DNA of 45,630 nt from Theionarchaea archaeon (GCA_018992565.1 JACVGW010000014.1:1-45630); one strand, 5' to 3'. Shown: positions 31,008 through 42,068, numbered from the stretch's first letter. Notes: generated from the letters alone by a model not told the origin. Made by a program: numbers and translations.

Positions 31008-31978
31008 CGGGCTCAAAGTATGCCTATGCATTTGGAAGGATAAAGGCTCTTGAAGTGGGACTGATCGATGCATCACAGCTCAAGAGGATGATAGATGCAC
31101 GCACAGCACAGGATGCAGTAAAGATTGTGGCAGAGACACCATATGGAAGTTATCTCTCTGAAAATCCAGACATACCAGACATTGAGCGTGCTATCCTTCA
31201 GGAATTGGAAAGAACCTACCAGATCATAGCTAAGATCTCGCCTGACAAAGCGATTACTGATCTTCTTCAGCTTAAGTATGATATACACAACCTCAAGATC
31301 ATACTGAAGTCCCAGATTACTGGACATGACCTGTCCCATCTGCTGGTGCCCCTGGGGAGGGAGGGCCCTGTTGCGTTGAGGGCAGCATGTGATGGAGATA
31401 TGAAGGCAGTATCCCCTGAAATAGCACACGTCATTCAGAAATCACTCTCCCTCTATCAGGAGAGTGGGGATTTTCAAAAAGTCCAGTTCTTTCTGGATAG
31501 GGAGCACTCTCGATTGCTCAGTGAGGGGCTTGCTACAACCCCTTTTCTGCAGAAATACTCTGCCTATGCAGTTGATCTGGAGAATATTCGTAACTTCATC
31601 AGAGCAGAAAAGATGGGAATCAAGTTTGCAGAAGTCTTCTTATCAGGAGGGACGTTAGCGCTGGCATCCTTTTCTGAAATAAAGGATCAGGCAGCTGACT
31701 ACTTCATGGAATCCACCAGGAATTCTGACTTTGCCAGTGTGGTGCATGAGGGGCTCACGGCATATCAAGAGACAGGTTCACTCGCTCGCTACGAGACATT
31801 GGTGGATAATTTTCTGATGGAATACATGAAGAAAGCAAAGACATACTCCCTCTCTCTTGAGCCGGTGATAGGGTACCTCTTTGCCAAAGAACGTGAGGCA
31901 AAGGTGGTAAGACAGATACTCATTTCCAAGATGAAAGGTATCGAGGTTACAGGAAGGGTGAGTGACGTTTATGAATAA
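31004..31978 (+). CDS. atpC: ATP synthase subunit C
   Basis: YAYAFGRIKALE, YDIHNLKIILK, GYLFAKEREAK, operon position. Confidence 0.92.
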   Translation: MTGSKYAYAFGRIKALEVGLIDASQLKRMIDARTAQDAVKIVAETPYGSYLSENPDIPDIERAILQELERTYQIIAKISPDKAITDLLQLKYDIHNLKIILKSQITGHDLSHLLVPLGREGPVALRAACDGDMKAVSPEIAHVIQKSLSLYQESGDFQKVQFFLDREHSRLLSEGLATTPFLQKYSAYAVDLENIRNFIRAEKMGIKFAEVFLSGGTLALASFSEIKDQAADYFMESTRNSDFASVVHEGLTAYQETGSLARYETLVDNFLMEYMKKAKTYSLSLEPVIGYLFAKEREAKVVRQILISKMKGIEVTGRVSDVYE

Positions 31979-32288
31979 GATAGCAATGATATCAGATAGA
32001 GAAACCGGACTGATCTTTAAGAACATGGGAATTGACAGTCTGGAGGCTGAAAGCCCGGAGAAAGCCTCTGTATTGTTGAGAGAGAATGCCAAGGAATACG
32101 GCATTATCTTCATCACTGAAGATCTGGCTTTACAGATTGCAGATACTATTGAGGAATATTCATCTTCAAGCCTTCCTGCAGTAATTGAAATACCTTCATT
32201 TGAGGGCCCTAAAGGGTTGGGCAGAATGAAGATGAAGCGCATCTGCGAAAAAGCTGCTGGTGCTGATATTCTCTTTAAGGAGGAATAA
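31971..32288 (+). CDS. atpF: ATP synthase subunit F
   Basis: [33 protein letters not shown]. Confidence 0.92.
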   Translation: MNKIAMISDRETGLIFKNMGIDSLEAESPEKASVLLRENAKEYGIIFITEDLALQIADTIEEYSSSSLPAVIEIPSFEGPKGLGRMKMKRICEKAAGADILFKEE

Positions 32289-32290
32289 TC

Positions 32291-34033
32291 ATGGGTACAA
32301 TTATCAAGGTGTCGGGGCCTGTGGTGGTGGCAGATAACATGGAAAATGCCCGAATGTACGATGTGTGCAGGGTGGCAGACGAACGCCTGATCGGCGAGAT
32401 CATTGAGCTACGAGGCGATAAGGCCACCATTCAGGTATACGAAGAGACAGCAGGACTAGGCCCGGGAGATCCCGTTGAATCCACAGGAAAACCATTAAGC
32501 GTGGAACTGGGTCCGGGAATGATTGAATCTATTTATGATGGAATACAGAGGCCTTTGGATGTGATCAGAGACAGAATTGGGCCTCATATCAAAAGAGGAA
32601 TCGAACAACCCGGTATTGACAGGAAGAAAAAGTGGGAGTTCCGCCCCTCACTAAAAAAGGGACAGAAAGTCGTGAGCGGGGATGTCCTGGGAGTTGTGCA
32701 GGAGGGTCCCTTGGTGAGCCACAGAATTCTGGTTCCCATAGGGGTGGAAGGAGAGATCAAAGAGATCTTTTCTGGCACCTTCACTGTGGAGGAGACTGTT
32801 GCGACTCTCAACGACACAGCCGTGTCAATGCTTCAAAAGTGGCCAGTCCGAAAGGGGAGGCCATACAGGGAGAAGTTGCCACCTTCCAACCCGCTGGTAA
32901 CAGGGCAGCGCATCATCGATACCTTCTTCCCCATGGCCAAAGGTGGAACTGCGTGCTGCCCAGGACCTTTTGGATCGGGCAAAACAGTGACGCAGCACCA
33001 GCTGGCGAAATGGGCAGAGGCAGATATCATATTCTTCGTGGGATGCGGAGAACGAGGCAATGAGATGGCAGAAGTACTGCGGGAATTCCCCGGACTACAG
33101 GACCCCAAGAGTGGAGAGCCCCTGATGAAGAGGACAGTGCTGGTGGCCAATACCTCAGATATGCCTGTGGCAGCCAGAGAAGCTTCCATTTACACAGGGA
33201 TTACCCTGGCAGAGTACTTCAGGGACATGGGGTATTCAGTGGCACTGATGGCAGATTCTACGTCCCGGTGGGCTGAAGCACTGCGAGAGATATCCGGGCG
33301 ACTGGAAGAAATGCCAGGTGAAGAGGGCTATCCTGCATATCTGGCTTCCCGATTGGCCGAATTCTATGAACGCGCAGGTAAGGTGGTGACACTGGGGTCT
33401 GAGTACAGAGAAGGCTCGTTGTCTGTAATTGGAGCTGTTTCTCCTCCCGGTGGGGACTTCTCAGAGCCTGTGACCCAGGCCACGCTGCGGATTACCAAAG
33501 TGTTCTGGGGCCTGGACGCACGATTGGCCTTTGCCAGGCACTTCCCGGCCATCGACTGGTTGCAGAGCTATTCACTGTACCTGGATGATGTGAAAGACTG
33601 GTGGACCGAGAATGTTTCAGGGAAGTGGAGAGACTACCGAGATGAAGCCATGCGTATCTTGCAGGAAGAAGCTGAACTGGAAGAGATTGTACGGCTGGTA
33701 GGAGTAGAAGCCCTGTCCAGCAGGGACCGGCTGTTGCTTGAGACAGCCAAATCACTGCGAGAGGATTTCCTCCACCAGAATGCATACCATGAAATCGACA
33801 CCTACACGTCTTCAGAAAAGCAGTTTGCCATGCTGTCACTTATCCTTGACCTGCATCACTGGGCTCTGGATGCATTGAGCAGGGGTGCACCCATCAAGGA
33901 CCTACTGGAATTAAAAGACAGGGAAGAGATAGCCAAACTCAAGTTTGTTTCAGAAGATGAATTTCCCAAGGCATTGGAGAAGCTGAGGGAACGAATGCGT
34001 ACTACAGTGCAGTCCATGAAGGGAGGAGATTAA
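32291..34033 (+). CDS. atpA: ATP synthase catalytic subunit A (no intein)
   Basis: [37 protein letters not shown]. Confidence 0.98.
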   Translation: MGTIIKVSGPVVVADNMENARMYDVCRVADERLIGEIIELRGDKATIQVYEETAGLGPGDPVESTGKPLSVELGPGMIESIYDGIQRPLDVIRDRIGPHIKRGIEQPGIDRKKKWEFRPSLKKGQKVVSGDVLGVVQEGPLVSHRILVPIGVEGEIKEIFSGTFTVEETVATLNDTAVSMLQKWPVRKGRPYREKLPPSNPLVTGQRIIDTFFPMAKGGTACCPGPFGSGKTVTQHQLAKWAEADIIFFVGCGERGNEMAEVLREFPGLQDPKSGEPLMKRTVLVANTSDMPVAAREASIYTGITLAEYFRDMGYSVALMADSTSRWAEALREISGRLEEMPGEEGYPAYLASRLAEFYERAGKVVTLGSEYREGSLSVIGAVSPPGGDFSEPVTQATLRITKVFWGLDARLAFARHFPAIDWLQSYSLYLDDVKDWWTENVSGKWRDYRDEAMRILQEEAELEEIVRLVGVEALSSRDRLLLETAKSLREDFLHQNAYHEIDTYTSSEKQFAMLSLILDLHHWALDALSRGAPIKDLLELKDREEIAKLKFVSEDEFPKALEKLRERMRTTVQSMKGGD

Positions 34034-35446
34034 ATGCCCAAAGAATACAGGACCATTTCTGAGATAGCAGGCCCCCTGATGGTAGTAGAAAAGATTGAAG
34101 GAGTGAAATACGGGGAACTTGTGGAGATTGAAATCCCTTCTGGAGAGAAGAGGAGAGGCCGTGTCCTGGAAGTGGAAGTAGGTAAGGCACTGGTGCAGAT
34201 TTTTGAAGGTTCTTCGGAGCTTGATGTAAACCAGACCAAGGTGCGATTCCTGGGCAAGGGAATTGAGCTGGCTGTATCCCAGGACATGCTGGGGCGCGTG
34301 TTTTCTGGATTGGGAGAACCCATCGACAGGGGTCCCAGGATTATCCCTGAAGATCGCCTGGACATTTCTGGAAGCCCCATCAACCCATATGCTCGCGATT
34401 ACCCCATAGACTTTATTCAGACCGGTATATCTGCTATTGACGGGATGAATTCTCTGGTGCGAGGACAGAAGCTCCCCATTTTCTCTGGATCAGGACTGCC
34501 TCACGCTGCCATTGCTGCCCAGATTGCCAGGCAGTCCAGAGTGCTTAAAGCAGAGGAAGAATTTGCTGTGGTCTTTGGAGCCATGGGAGTCACCTTTGAA
34601 GAGGCCAATTACTTCATTTCAGATTTCAGAAAAACAGGAGCTATAGAACGGTCGGTAGTGTTTATCAACCTGGCAGATGACCCAGCTGTGGAGCGAATCT
34701 CAACTCCCCGGATGGCTTTGACTGCAGCAGAGTACCTGGCTTTCACCCTGGACATGCACGTTCTGGTCATTCTGACTGACATGACCAATTACTGCGAAGC
34801 TCTACGAGAGATCTCTGCAGCCCGAATGGAAGTCCCGGGAAGGAGAGGTTATCCAGGATACATGTATACTGACCTGGCCACTATTTATGAGAGAGCAGGT
34901 AGAATAAAAGGCAAGAAGGGATCGATTACCTCCTTTCCCATTCTGTCCATGCCAGAGGATGATATTACTCATCCCATACCAGACCTCACTGGCTATATTA
35001 CAGAAGGACAGATTTTCTTGAGCAGGGAACTGCACAGAAAAGGTATTTATCCGCCTATCGATGTGCTTCCTTCACTGTCTCGTCTAAAAGACCTGGGTAT
35101 TGGCATAGTCAAGGAAACAGGGGAAGTGAGAACCAGAGAAGATCACCCTGATGTTTTGAACCAGTTGTATGCTGCCTATGCCAGAGGAAAGGAAGCGAGA
35201 GAACTGGCAGTGATTCTGGGTGAAGCCGCCTTGACCGACATTGACAAGAAGTTCCTGGGATTTGCAGACCAGTTTGAGCAGAGATTTGTGGCTCAAGGGG
35301 ATCACGAGAACAGGACTATTGAGCAGACCCTGGATATTGGTTGGGATCTTCTGACCATGCTTCCAGAAGGAGAATTAAAGCGTATCAGGCCGGAATACAT
35401 CGAGAAATATCTGAAACCATTGAAGAAGTCCAAAGAAGGAGCATAA
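34034..35446 (+). CDS. atpB: ATP synthase subunit B
   Basis: [43 protein letters not shown]. Confidence 0.98.
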   Translation: MPKEYRTISEIAGPLMVVEKIEGVKYGELVEIEIPSGEKRRGRVLEVEVGKALVQIFEGSSELDVNQTKVRFLGKGIELAVSQDMLGRVFSGLGEPIDRGPRIIPEDRLDISGSPINPYARDYPIDFIQTGISAIDGMNSLVRGQKLPIFSGSGLPHAAIAAQIARQSRVLKAEEEFAVVFGAMGVTFEEANYFISDFRKTGAIERSVVFINLADDPAVERISTPRMALTAAEYLAFTLDMHVLVILTDMTNYCEALREISAARMEVPGRRGYPGYMYTDLATIYERAGRIKGKKGSITSFPILSMPEDDITHPIPDLTGYITEGQIFLSRELHRKGIYPPIDVLPSLSRLKDLGIGIVKETGEVRTREDHPDVLNQLYAAYARGKEARELAVILGEAALTDIDKKFLGFADQFEQRFVAQGDHENRTIEQTLDIGWDLLTMLPEGELKRIRPEYIEKYLKPLKKSKEGA

Positions 35447-35447
35447 C

Positions 35448-36065
35448 ATGGCAAAGGTTAATGCAACTCGAATGGAACTATTGAAACTGAAAAAACGGGT
35501 CAAGCTAGCCAAGAGAGGACACAAGCTGCTCAAGGATAAACGAGATGAACTCATGAAGCAGTTCCTCTCTCTTATTCACAGGAACAGGGAACTGCGGGAA
35601 GATATTGAACGGGAAATCGCAGTGGTATACCGCACCTTCATGTCAGCCCGTTCTTTGATGTCCCCTGAAATGCTGGAAGAAGCCCTTATGCTCCCTAAAG
35701 CACGCCTCAACGTGGAGATTGGTACCCGGCTTATTATGAGTGTCCAGGTTCCCCAGATCGCCATGTCACAGGAAGGAGAAGGCATCCTCTCCTACGGGCT
35801 GTACAATGTCCCATCAGAGCTTGATGAGTCACTGGATGCACTGCAAACCCTGATGCCAAAATTAATTCAGCTGGCTGAAATGGAAAAATCGCTGGAGCTC
35901 CTTGCAGCGGAAATCGAGAAAACCAGGAGACGGGTCAATGCTCTGGAATATGTATTGATACCAGAGCTGGAAAGTACTGCTGGATTTATTGAGATGAAGC
36001 TCGACGAGATGGAACGTTCAGCACTCACTACCCTGATGAGTATCACAGGAAAACTGAGAGAGTAA
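35448..36065 (+). CDS. atpD: ATP synthase subunit D
   Basis: ATRMELLKLK, GHKLLKDKRD, EIEKTRRRVNALE. Confidence 0.97.
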   Translation: MAKVNATRMELLKLKKRVKLAKRGHKLLKDKRDELMKQFLSLIHRNRELREDIEREIAVVYRTFMSARSLMSPEMLEEALMLPKARLNVEIGTRLIMSVQVPQIAMSQEGEGILSYGLYNVPSELDESLDALQTLMPKLIQLAEMEKSLELLAAEIEKTRRRVNALEYVLIPELESTAGFIEMKLDEMERSALTTLMSITGKLRE

Positions 36066-36134
36066 GAAGCGTTGCAGTGCAATTCTGTCTGCTGTGATAC
36101 GAACCCTTTTATTGTTACACCCCCTTTGAAGAAC

Positions 36135-37091
36135 ATGGAGATCCGCAAGTTGCAGTGCACCGGAGGCGGCACGTACATTTTGTCATTACCCAAGAAGTGG
36201 ATAGAGAAGTATTCTTTGCAAAAAGGGGATAGTTTCGGCTTATTTGAGCAAGAGAACGGACTGTTTATAACTCCAAAATTTGAAGAAAGAAAGGAAAAGC
36301 AGGTGGAGATTACTGCAGACGAATTTGTGGCCAGAAAAATCATGACTTCCTACACGTACGGCTATTCTTCGCTCTCCATTACTGGCAACCTCACCAATGA
36401 GGTCAGGTCTCAGATTCGAAAGACAGTGGATACCTTGCTGGGATACGAGATAATTGATGAAAAAGAGAACGCGATATTTGTCCAGGACTTACTGAACCCC
36501 TCAGAACTCACTACTGAGAAGGCTCTCAAGAGAGAGTATTTTCTGGCTTCCAGCATGCACAGAGACCTGAACAAAGCTATATCCTCTCATGTTTTCTGGC
36601 TGGCACATGACATTATTATAAGGGACTCTGAAGTGGACAAGTTATATTTCCTGATTGTGAGGCAGCTGAGATCAGCTCTCCAGAATACGGGATTTGCAGA
36701 ACGAGTGGGTGTTTCCCCTCTTGAATGCCTGGATTTCCGCATTGTTGCCAAGAACGTGGAGGAAATAGGGGATTCAGCAGAGACCGCATCCCGCAATCTT
36801 CTTGAGGTTGATTCCATGAGGGACGATATTGCAGAAGACATGGTCAGCTTCAGCGAGCTTGCCTTCTTGATGCATGAGGCAGCATTCAGAGCCTTCCTGG
36901 ATGCAGATAGGGCAAAGGCAAACCTTGTCATTGAGAAGCTCGAAGAAGTTGCAGCGCGGAAGGAAGAACTTGATGAGAAGATTCTGAAAGCTGAACAGGC
37001 AGTACTCCTGGGGAATATTGTAGAGAATATCCAGATTATCTGTGAAAAGGGGAGCGATATAGCAGACCTTGTATTCACTCCGGAAGACTGA
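36135..37091 (+). CDS. AbrB-PhoU family phosphate-uptake transcriptional regulator
   Basis: N-terminal RKLQCTGGGTYILSLPKKW (AbrB-like) plus PhoU repeats (DSEVDKLYFL, EEIGD). Start moved to ATG 36135, after AACCCTTTTATT. Confidence 0.88.
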   Translation: MEIRKLQCTGGGTYILSLPKKWIEKYSLQKGDSFGLFEQENGLFITPKFEERKEKQVEITADEFVARKIMTSYTYGYSSLSITGNLTNEVRSQIRKTVDTLLGYEIIDEKENAIFVQDLLNPSELTTEKALKREYFLASSMHRDLNKAISSHVFWLAHDIIIRDSEVDKLYFLIVRQLRSALQNTGFAERVGVSPLECLDFRIVAKNVEEIGDSAETASRNLLEVDSMRDDIAEDMVSFSELAFLMHEAAFRAFLDADRAKANLVIEKLEEVAARKEELDEKILKAEQAVLLGNIVENIQIICEKGSDIADLVFTPED

Positions 37092-37116
37092 CGCAAAAGA
37101 GTAAGAAAAGAGAAGG

Positions 37117-38766
37117 TTAGAAGATGTCCAGTGCGCGAGACAATACGTGGTTTCCTCTGTAGTCAGGGAGCAGCATGGGTGCCTTTCTGTCCGTCTCTAC
37201 TCCGGCATTCTTGAGTGCTTCTTCGTATTTTCGTGCATGATCCAGGCTCAATTTGCCAGGTGTCACTTTCTTCACATATTCTGCTGCGTTGATGCCGGCT
37301 CGTCTCCCGAAAACATTATAGTCCAGAAGAGAATTGCCCATCAACCTGTTCTTTCCATGGACTCCACCTTCAACCTCCCCGCCTGCAAACAGCCCGGGGA
37401 CAGAGGTTTCTGCTTTATCATTTATCTCCACACCACCATTCTGATAGTGTAAGGTGGGAAAGACCAGGATGGGGTCCTTGGTCATGTCAATGCCGAACCG
37501 TTCGAACATTCTCACCATGGCAGCCAGGTTTTTCCGTATAGTACCTTCTCCCTTCAAGTCATCAATCATGGGAGAATCCAGCCATACACCTTTCATTCCT
37601 GTAGGTGTGATAATCCCATTGTCTCTGCCGTAGCATTCTCGTATGAAATTCGCGGATTCCACATCTCTGGGTTCCAGAGGGAACACAAAAAGCTCACCAT
37701 TCTTATTCACTGGCTGGGCACCTAACCCTCTCACCTTCTCTGTTACCAGTAGCCCTACAATCTGCTCAGGGTAAGCAGCTCCTGTAGGGTGATACTGCAC
37801 AGAGTCGAGGTCAATGAGGTTGGCCCCCACATGATATGCCATGACAAGCCCGTCTGCTGTGGCTCCATAGTGGTTGGTGGTGGCAAATCCCTGGATATGC
37901 AACCGTCCAAAGCCGCCAGTGGCCATAATAACGGCCTTTGCCCTTACCACGTAATACTGATCTGTTTCCATATTGAACAGGACAGCTCCTGCAACCCTGC
38001 CCTGATCATCCTTCAACAGCTCCACAGCGGGGCAGAACTCCAGCACAGGGACTTCAATGTTGCGGGCTTCATCCCTGATTGCCCGCATGATCTCCATTCC
38101 GGTATAGTCTCTGGCAGAGTGCATCCTCTTTCTGGAGGTTCCCCCTCCGCTCAACTCCATCATCACTCCTTTGTCATCTTTGTCATACATGACACCCAGT
38201 TCCTCATGCCACTGTATGATGGCGGGGGCATCCATGGTCAATGCTTTCACCAGTTCGGGCTTGTTGGTAAAGTGTCCTCCACCAATAGCATCCAGATAGT
38301 GACGAGGAGGACTGTCTTCGGGCCGATCCGCGGCCTGGATTCCACCCTGGGCCATCATGGAATTGGAGTCACCATGGCGCAATTTCGTTGTCATGAGCAT
38401 CCTGTCCACAGGTACTCCTGAGTAGTGAGCCCAGAGGGCAGCAACTGTTCCTGCACCTCCACCTCCAATGATGAGAATATCACAATCATAATCGACCCGA
38501 GACAGATCTACATCATCAGGATCTATCAGGGGGTGGGCTTCAAGCAAATCAGCAACCTCATGAGGTAACCGCTGCCCCTTACTGGGTCCAATCTTCAGGT
38601 CTCGTTTCGCTTCCGGCTTGTAGTCCGGGTGGTATTCATTGAGAATCTGTTCCCTCTCCTCCAGGGTCATGGCCTTAAACGTGGCTTTGAGTCTCTGGGG
38701 GCGAGTTTTCTCCACTTTTTCTATTGATTCTCGCATGTAATCTGGATAACCTCTAATCATTTCCAT
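37117..38766 (-). CDS. Fumarate reductase/succinate dehydrogenase-family flavoprotein (TfrA-like)
   Basis: GGGGAG, MAQGG, MATGG, QYHPT, TEKVRG, PRD, HYQNGG, GVHGKNRLMGNSL. Confidence 0.9.
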   Translation of the reverse strand: MEMIRGYPDYMRESIEKVEKTRPQRLKATFKAMTLEEREQILNEYHPDYKPEAKRDLKIGPSKGQRLPHEVADLLEAHPLIDPDDVDLSRVDYDCDILIIGGGGAGTVAALWAHYSGVPVDRMLMTTKLRHGDSNSMMAQGGIQAADRPEDSPPRHYLDAIGGGHFTNKPELVKALTMDAPAIIQWHEELGVMYDKDDKGVMMELSGGGTSRKRMHSARDYTGMEIMRAIRDEARNIEVPVLEFCPAVELLKDDQGRVAGAVLFNMETDQYYVVRAKAVIMATGGFGRLHIQGFATTNHYGATADGLVMAYHVGANLIDLDSVQYHPTGAAYPEQIVGLLVTEKVRGLGAQPVNKNGELFVFPLEPRDVESANFIRECYGRDNGIITPTGMKGVWLDSPMIDDLKGEGTIRKNLAAMVRMFERFGIDMTKDPILVFPTLHYQNGGVEINDKAETSVPGLFAGGEVEGGVHGKNRLMGNSLLDYNVFGRRAGINAAEYVKKVTPGKLSLDHARKYEEALKNAGVETDRKAPMLLPDYRGNHVLSRALDIF

Positions 38767-38775
38767 GAATATCCC

Positions 38776-39465
38776 TCACTTCTCAATATCCCTCTCTGTA
38801 TATAATTTCTTCAGCTGTTCCAGGCCCATTGCAGTGAGTTTTTCCATTTCCTGGTCAAATGCTCCAGCTTTGATCTCGTCATTTCGCTCCTTCAGATGCT
38901 GTGATCTGGGCAGAACATATTTCCCGTACACCCGTCGGGCCAGCTGGCCCACGTGATAGTGGACAATATCTGCTGGACATCGTGCTGCACATAGCCCGCA
39001 CTGCAGACAGTCAAAGGAGAGTTCAGCTGCCTGATTAATATCTCCTCGTAATGATGCTTGAATGTAGTCCATCACCTGCAGGTCCTGGGGGCAGGCTTTG
39101 GTACAGGTATTACAGCTGACACACCGTGCTATTTCAGGGTACAATGACACAATGATGCTGGGTTCAGACGTCAGTTCTTCAAGTTCATATTCTGCTTTGT
39201 TAGCAGGGACAAAAGGCAATTCTGTCAAATACATGCCGTCTTCTGCAGGAGTCTGGCAGGCTAAGGCCGTCCTGAATTTGTATTCGTCTTTCTTTCGGAA
39301 TATTGTTCCACAGGCGCCACAGAACCCGGCCCTGCATCCTGCTCCTCTGATGAACCGGTATCCTGCATATTCCATGGCTTTCATGATGGTCAATCCTTCA
39401 GGAACCTCATATTCCCTTCCCATGATGTAGACTTTGATCATTCTGGTCTTGATATCTTCCGTCAT
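38776..39465 (-). CDS. Fe-S subunit with [2Fe-2S] and 2x[4Fe-4S] motifs (SdhB/TfrB-N-like)
   Basis: CRAGFCGAC...LAC, CVSCNTCTKACP, CLQCGLCAARCP. Confidence 0.88.
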   Translation of the reverse strand: MTEDIKTRMIKVYIMGREYEVPEGLTIMKAMEYAGYRFIRGAGCRAGFCGACGTIFRKKDEYKFRTALACQTPAEDGMYLTELPFVPANKAEYELEELTSEPSIIVSLYPEIARCVSCNTCTKACPQDLQVMDYIQASLRGDINQAAELSFDCLQCGLCAARCPADIVHYHVGQLARRVYGKYVLPRSQHLKERNDEIKAGAFDQEMEKLTAMGLEQLKKLYTERDIEK

Positions 39466-39469
39466 ATAA

Positions 39470-40327
39470 TCACCTTAACAGTCCTTTCTCTTTCAACAAT
39501 GGTTCAGGATCAACATAGTGTTGATCGAATCCAAGGGCATCGAAGAGCCCCAATGATACAGCCAGTAATTGGGAGAAATACAATATTGGCATGGGTGCCA
39601 GCTCCTGTTCCAGGTCTTTTTGCCTGAAATCCAGATTGAACTCGCACAGAGGACAGGACAAAACCACAGCTTCTGCTCCTCTCTTGCGTGCAGAACTGAG
39701 AATATGGTATGTTTTCTCACACACAACCTCTTTGTAGTCCACTGTGTGATAACTGCCACAGCACTCGAGTTTATACGGATGGTCCACAACAGTAGCGCCC
39801 AGAGCAGCAAGAAGCTCTGCCATTATGGTGGGTCTTTCAGGATTGTCAATGGAAATCTCCTCAGGCCGTAACAACAGGCAGCCATAGTACGGAACCACAG
39901 TCAATCCTTTCAGAGGGTTCTTAACAGGGAGAGAATCGAATCCCATCTCTTTCAGCAATGTCAAGTAGTGAACCACAGTCACTCCCCCTGTGTAGTCTTT
40001 TTCCTGATCCATGAAGGAGTTCATCTTCTCAAGTTTCTCAGGATCACCTTTCACCAGCTGGTTCGCCTGCTCAAGCGTGTTGTAGCACATTGAGCACAGG
40101 GTCGTTACCCTGTCATATCCCATATCCTGAACTCTGATTAGATTTCGAATGGGTGCCAGCTGATGCATGAGATCATCGCTGGCCAGTGAATAGACTGTGC
40201 CACAGCAATTCCAGCGGGGCATCTCTAGAAGTTCAATGCCCAGTACTTCAGATACCGCTTTTGTGGTGTCCTCAAAGGGTTTGGCTGTTGTTTTTAATGT
40301 ACATCCGGGATAATACGGAATCTTCAC
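39470..40327 (-). CDS. hdrB: Heterodisulfide reductase subunit B-like protein (two CCG domains)
   Basis: YYPGC...WNCCG...CSMC and YYGC...ECCG...SCPLC. Confidence 0.9.
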   Translation of the reverse strand: MKIPYYPGCTLKTTAKPFEDTTKAVSEVLGIELLEMPRWNCCGTVYSLASDDLMHQLAPIRNLIRVQDMGYDRVTTLCSMCYNTLEQANQLVKGDPEKLEKMNSFMDQEKDYTGGVTVVHYLTLLKEMGFDSLPVKNPLKGLTVVPYYGCLLLRPEEISIDNPERPTIMAELLAALGATVVDHPYKLECCGSYHTVDYKEVVCEKTYHILSSARKRGAEAVVLSCPLCEFNLDFRQKDLEQELAPMPILYFSQLLAVSLGLFDALGFDQHYVDPEPLLKEKGLLR

Positions 40328-40331
40328 GGGA

Positions 40332-40736
40332 TCACCCTGTGCACTTTCTGAAGTTAGAAACCAGAGCTACCGGCGGGAGTTCTCTCAGCTCTTCCTTGGA
40401 AATCTCCGAGATTCTAATGTGATCAAAGTTCTCTCGGAGAACGAGCAGGCGCAGTGCTTCCATTACTCTTGTCAAGTCCACATCTTTGGGGCACCTGGTG
40501 GCACACTGAAAACATGAAGCACATAACCAGATGGTCCTGGACTCCAATACGCTCCAGTCATTAGCCTGGACTAATTCGATAACTTGATGAGGGCGAACAT
40601 CCATAAGAGTGCCTACAGGGCATCCTGCAGAGCACTTACCGCATTTATGACAAGAAAAGATCTTCTCTCCACTTAATTCCTCTGTTTTGTCAAGGAGAGT
40701 CGTTTCTTTGGATATTTTTGGGATCATATGACTCAT
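40332..40736 (-). CDS. hdrC: Heterodisulfide reductase subunit C-like 2x[4Fe-4S] protein
   Basis: CHKCGKCSAGCP and IWLCASCFQCATRCP...VMEALR. Confidence 0.9.
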   Translation of the reverse strand: MSHMIPKISKETTLLDKTEELSGEKIFSCHKCGKCSAGCPVGTLMDVRPHQVIELVQANDWSVLESRTIWLCASCFQCATRCPKDVDLTRVMEALRLLVLRENFDHIRISEISKEELRELPPVALVSNFRKCTG

Positions 40737-40940
40737 CTCGGCAGTGATGAAGCCTCTTTACTTATGTATATAAGGTTTTCTATATGAGTTTAAAAAGTTT
40801 TTGCTGCGAAAACTTTGATAAACGTGGAGTCGATGGACGTTGATCATTCTGATTCAGGGGTATGTCACCACACAGTCCATCATCTACTCACCAGATTCTC
40901 GGCTCTTTGGTTCTTAGGGGGTGCATCTCCGGACACTCGT

Positions 40941-42068
40941 CTAGCTGATTATCAATGAGTCCAGTTCTCTGGGATATCTCGTCAATGCCCTGCCACCCGT
41001 CTCTGTCACCAGGACAGTGTCAGAATGCCTGAATCCGCCGAACCCTGGCATGTATACACCTGGCTCATTACTGATAACCATGTTCTCCTGCAAGATTGTC
41101 TTGTCACCTTCTTCAACCCATGGAGGTTCATGGCCCTGCAGTCCAATACCATGACCCATTCTATGCCGGAGGTATTTCTCATATCCTCGTTCTCTTATCA
41201 CCTTCAAACAGTGCTCATTGACGTCAGAGCATTTTACACCAGCCTTTACCGCTCTCTCCCCCGTTTTCTGGGCCTCATACATCACGTCAAAGGCTTCTTT
41301 CTGTTCTGGCGTGGGACTACCCACAAACCCAGTGCGTTCGCTCTCTGCCTGGTATCCACCTACAGCAGCGCCAAAGCTCAAGATGATCGATTCACCTTCT
41401 TTCACCTTCTTGCTGGAGGGTAACCCGTGGGGAAGCGCACCATTCTCCCCGGAACCTACCAACCCTCCACACATTCCACCCTGGACAGGCACGATTTCTT
41501 CAAGTTCTTCAAGCATTCGTTCAGAAACATCCATCCTGGTCCTCTCATTAATTTCGAATTCTGTAACACCTGGACGGGTGTGGTGGACGGCCCGTTCCAC
41601 CGCATAGTCTGCATATTCTGCAGCCCTGGAAATGAGTTCAATTTCCTCAGGGGTTTTTTTCAATCTCATCTCTGAGACTAAGTTCGAAGAACGTATTTTC
41701 AAGGTAGAGAGCATCTTATAGGACGAGATGGAAAGACTGTCCTCAATGCCCACATTGACCAAAGCTCTCTTTTTCAGGTGTGATTTGATCCATTCGATGC
41801 GATTGGTCTCGCCGGGGTAGTCAAAATACGTCTCCACCTCAGTGTTTTCGGGGACGTGATCCACTTCCAGGAGTGGAATTAACAGGAGAGGGGCGCCTTC
41901 TCTGGGGATAACTGCTGCCAGAGGTCTCTCTGTCCTCAAGTGAAAGAACCCTGTAGCATAGGCGATATTGGCTGGCTCAAAAAGGAGAAGTGCATCCAGA
42001 GACTGAGAAGTAAGAGCCTCCTGGATCTTGTGACAAATCCTCTGGTAGAAATCGCTGCTCAGCTTCAT
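40941..42068 (-). CDS. Xaa-Pro aminopeptidase/prolidase (M24) family protein
   Basis: RLKKTPEEIE, ALPH, HRMGHGIGLQGHEPP, SNEPGVY. Some metal ligands are atypical. Start moved to MKLSS. Confidence 0.88.
   Translation of the reverse strand: MKLSSDFYQRICHKIQEALTSQSLDALLLFEPANIAYATGFFHLRTERPLAAVIPREGAPLLLIPLLEVDHVPENTEVETYFDYPGETNRIEWIKSHLKKRALVNVGIEDSLSISSYKMLSTLKIRSSNLVSEMRLKKTPEEIELISRAAEYADYAVERAVHHTRPGVTEFEINERTRMDVSERMLEELEEIVPVQGGMCGGLVGSGENGALPHGLPSSKKVKEGESIILSFGAAVGGYQAESERTGFVGSPTPEQKEAFDVMYEAQKTGERAVKAGVKCSDVNEHCLKVIRERGYEKYLRHRMGHGIGLQGHEPPWVEEGDKTILQENMVISNEPGVYMPGFGGFRHSDTVLVTETGGRALTRYPRELDSLIIS

Noticed and set aside
37789..38421. 210-aa antisense ORF, and similar shadows opposite hypF, atpA, dph5 and hbd
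   Set aside because: They lie entirely opposite well-supported genes, have no motifs, and are explained by codon bias.
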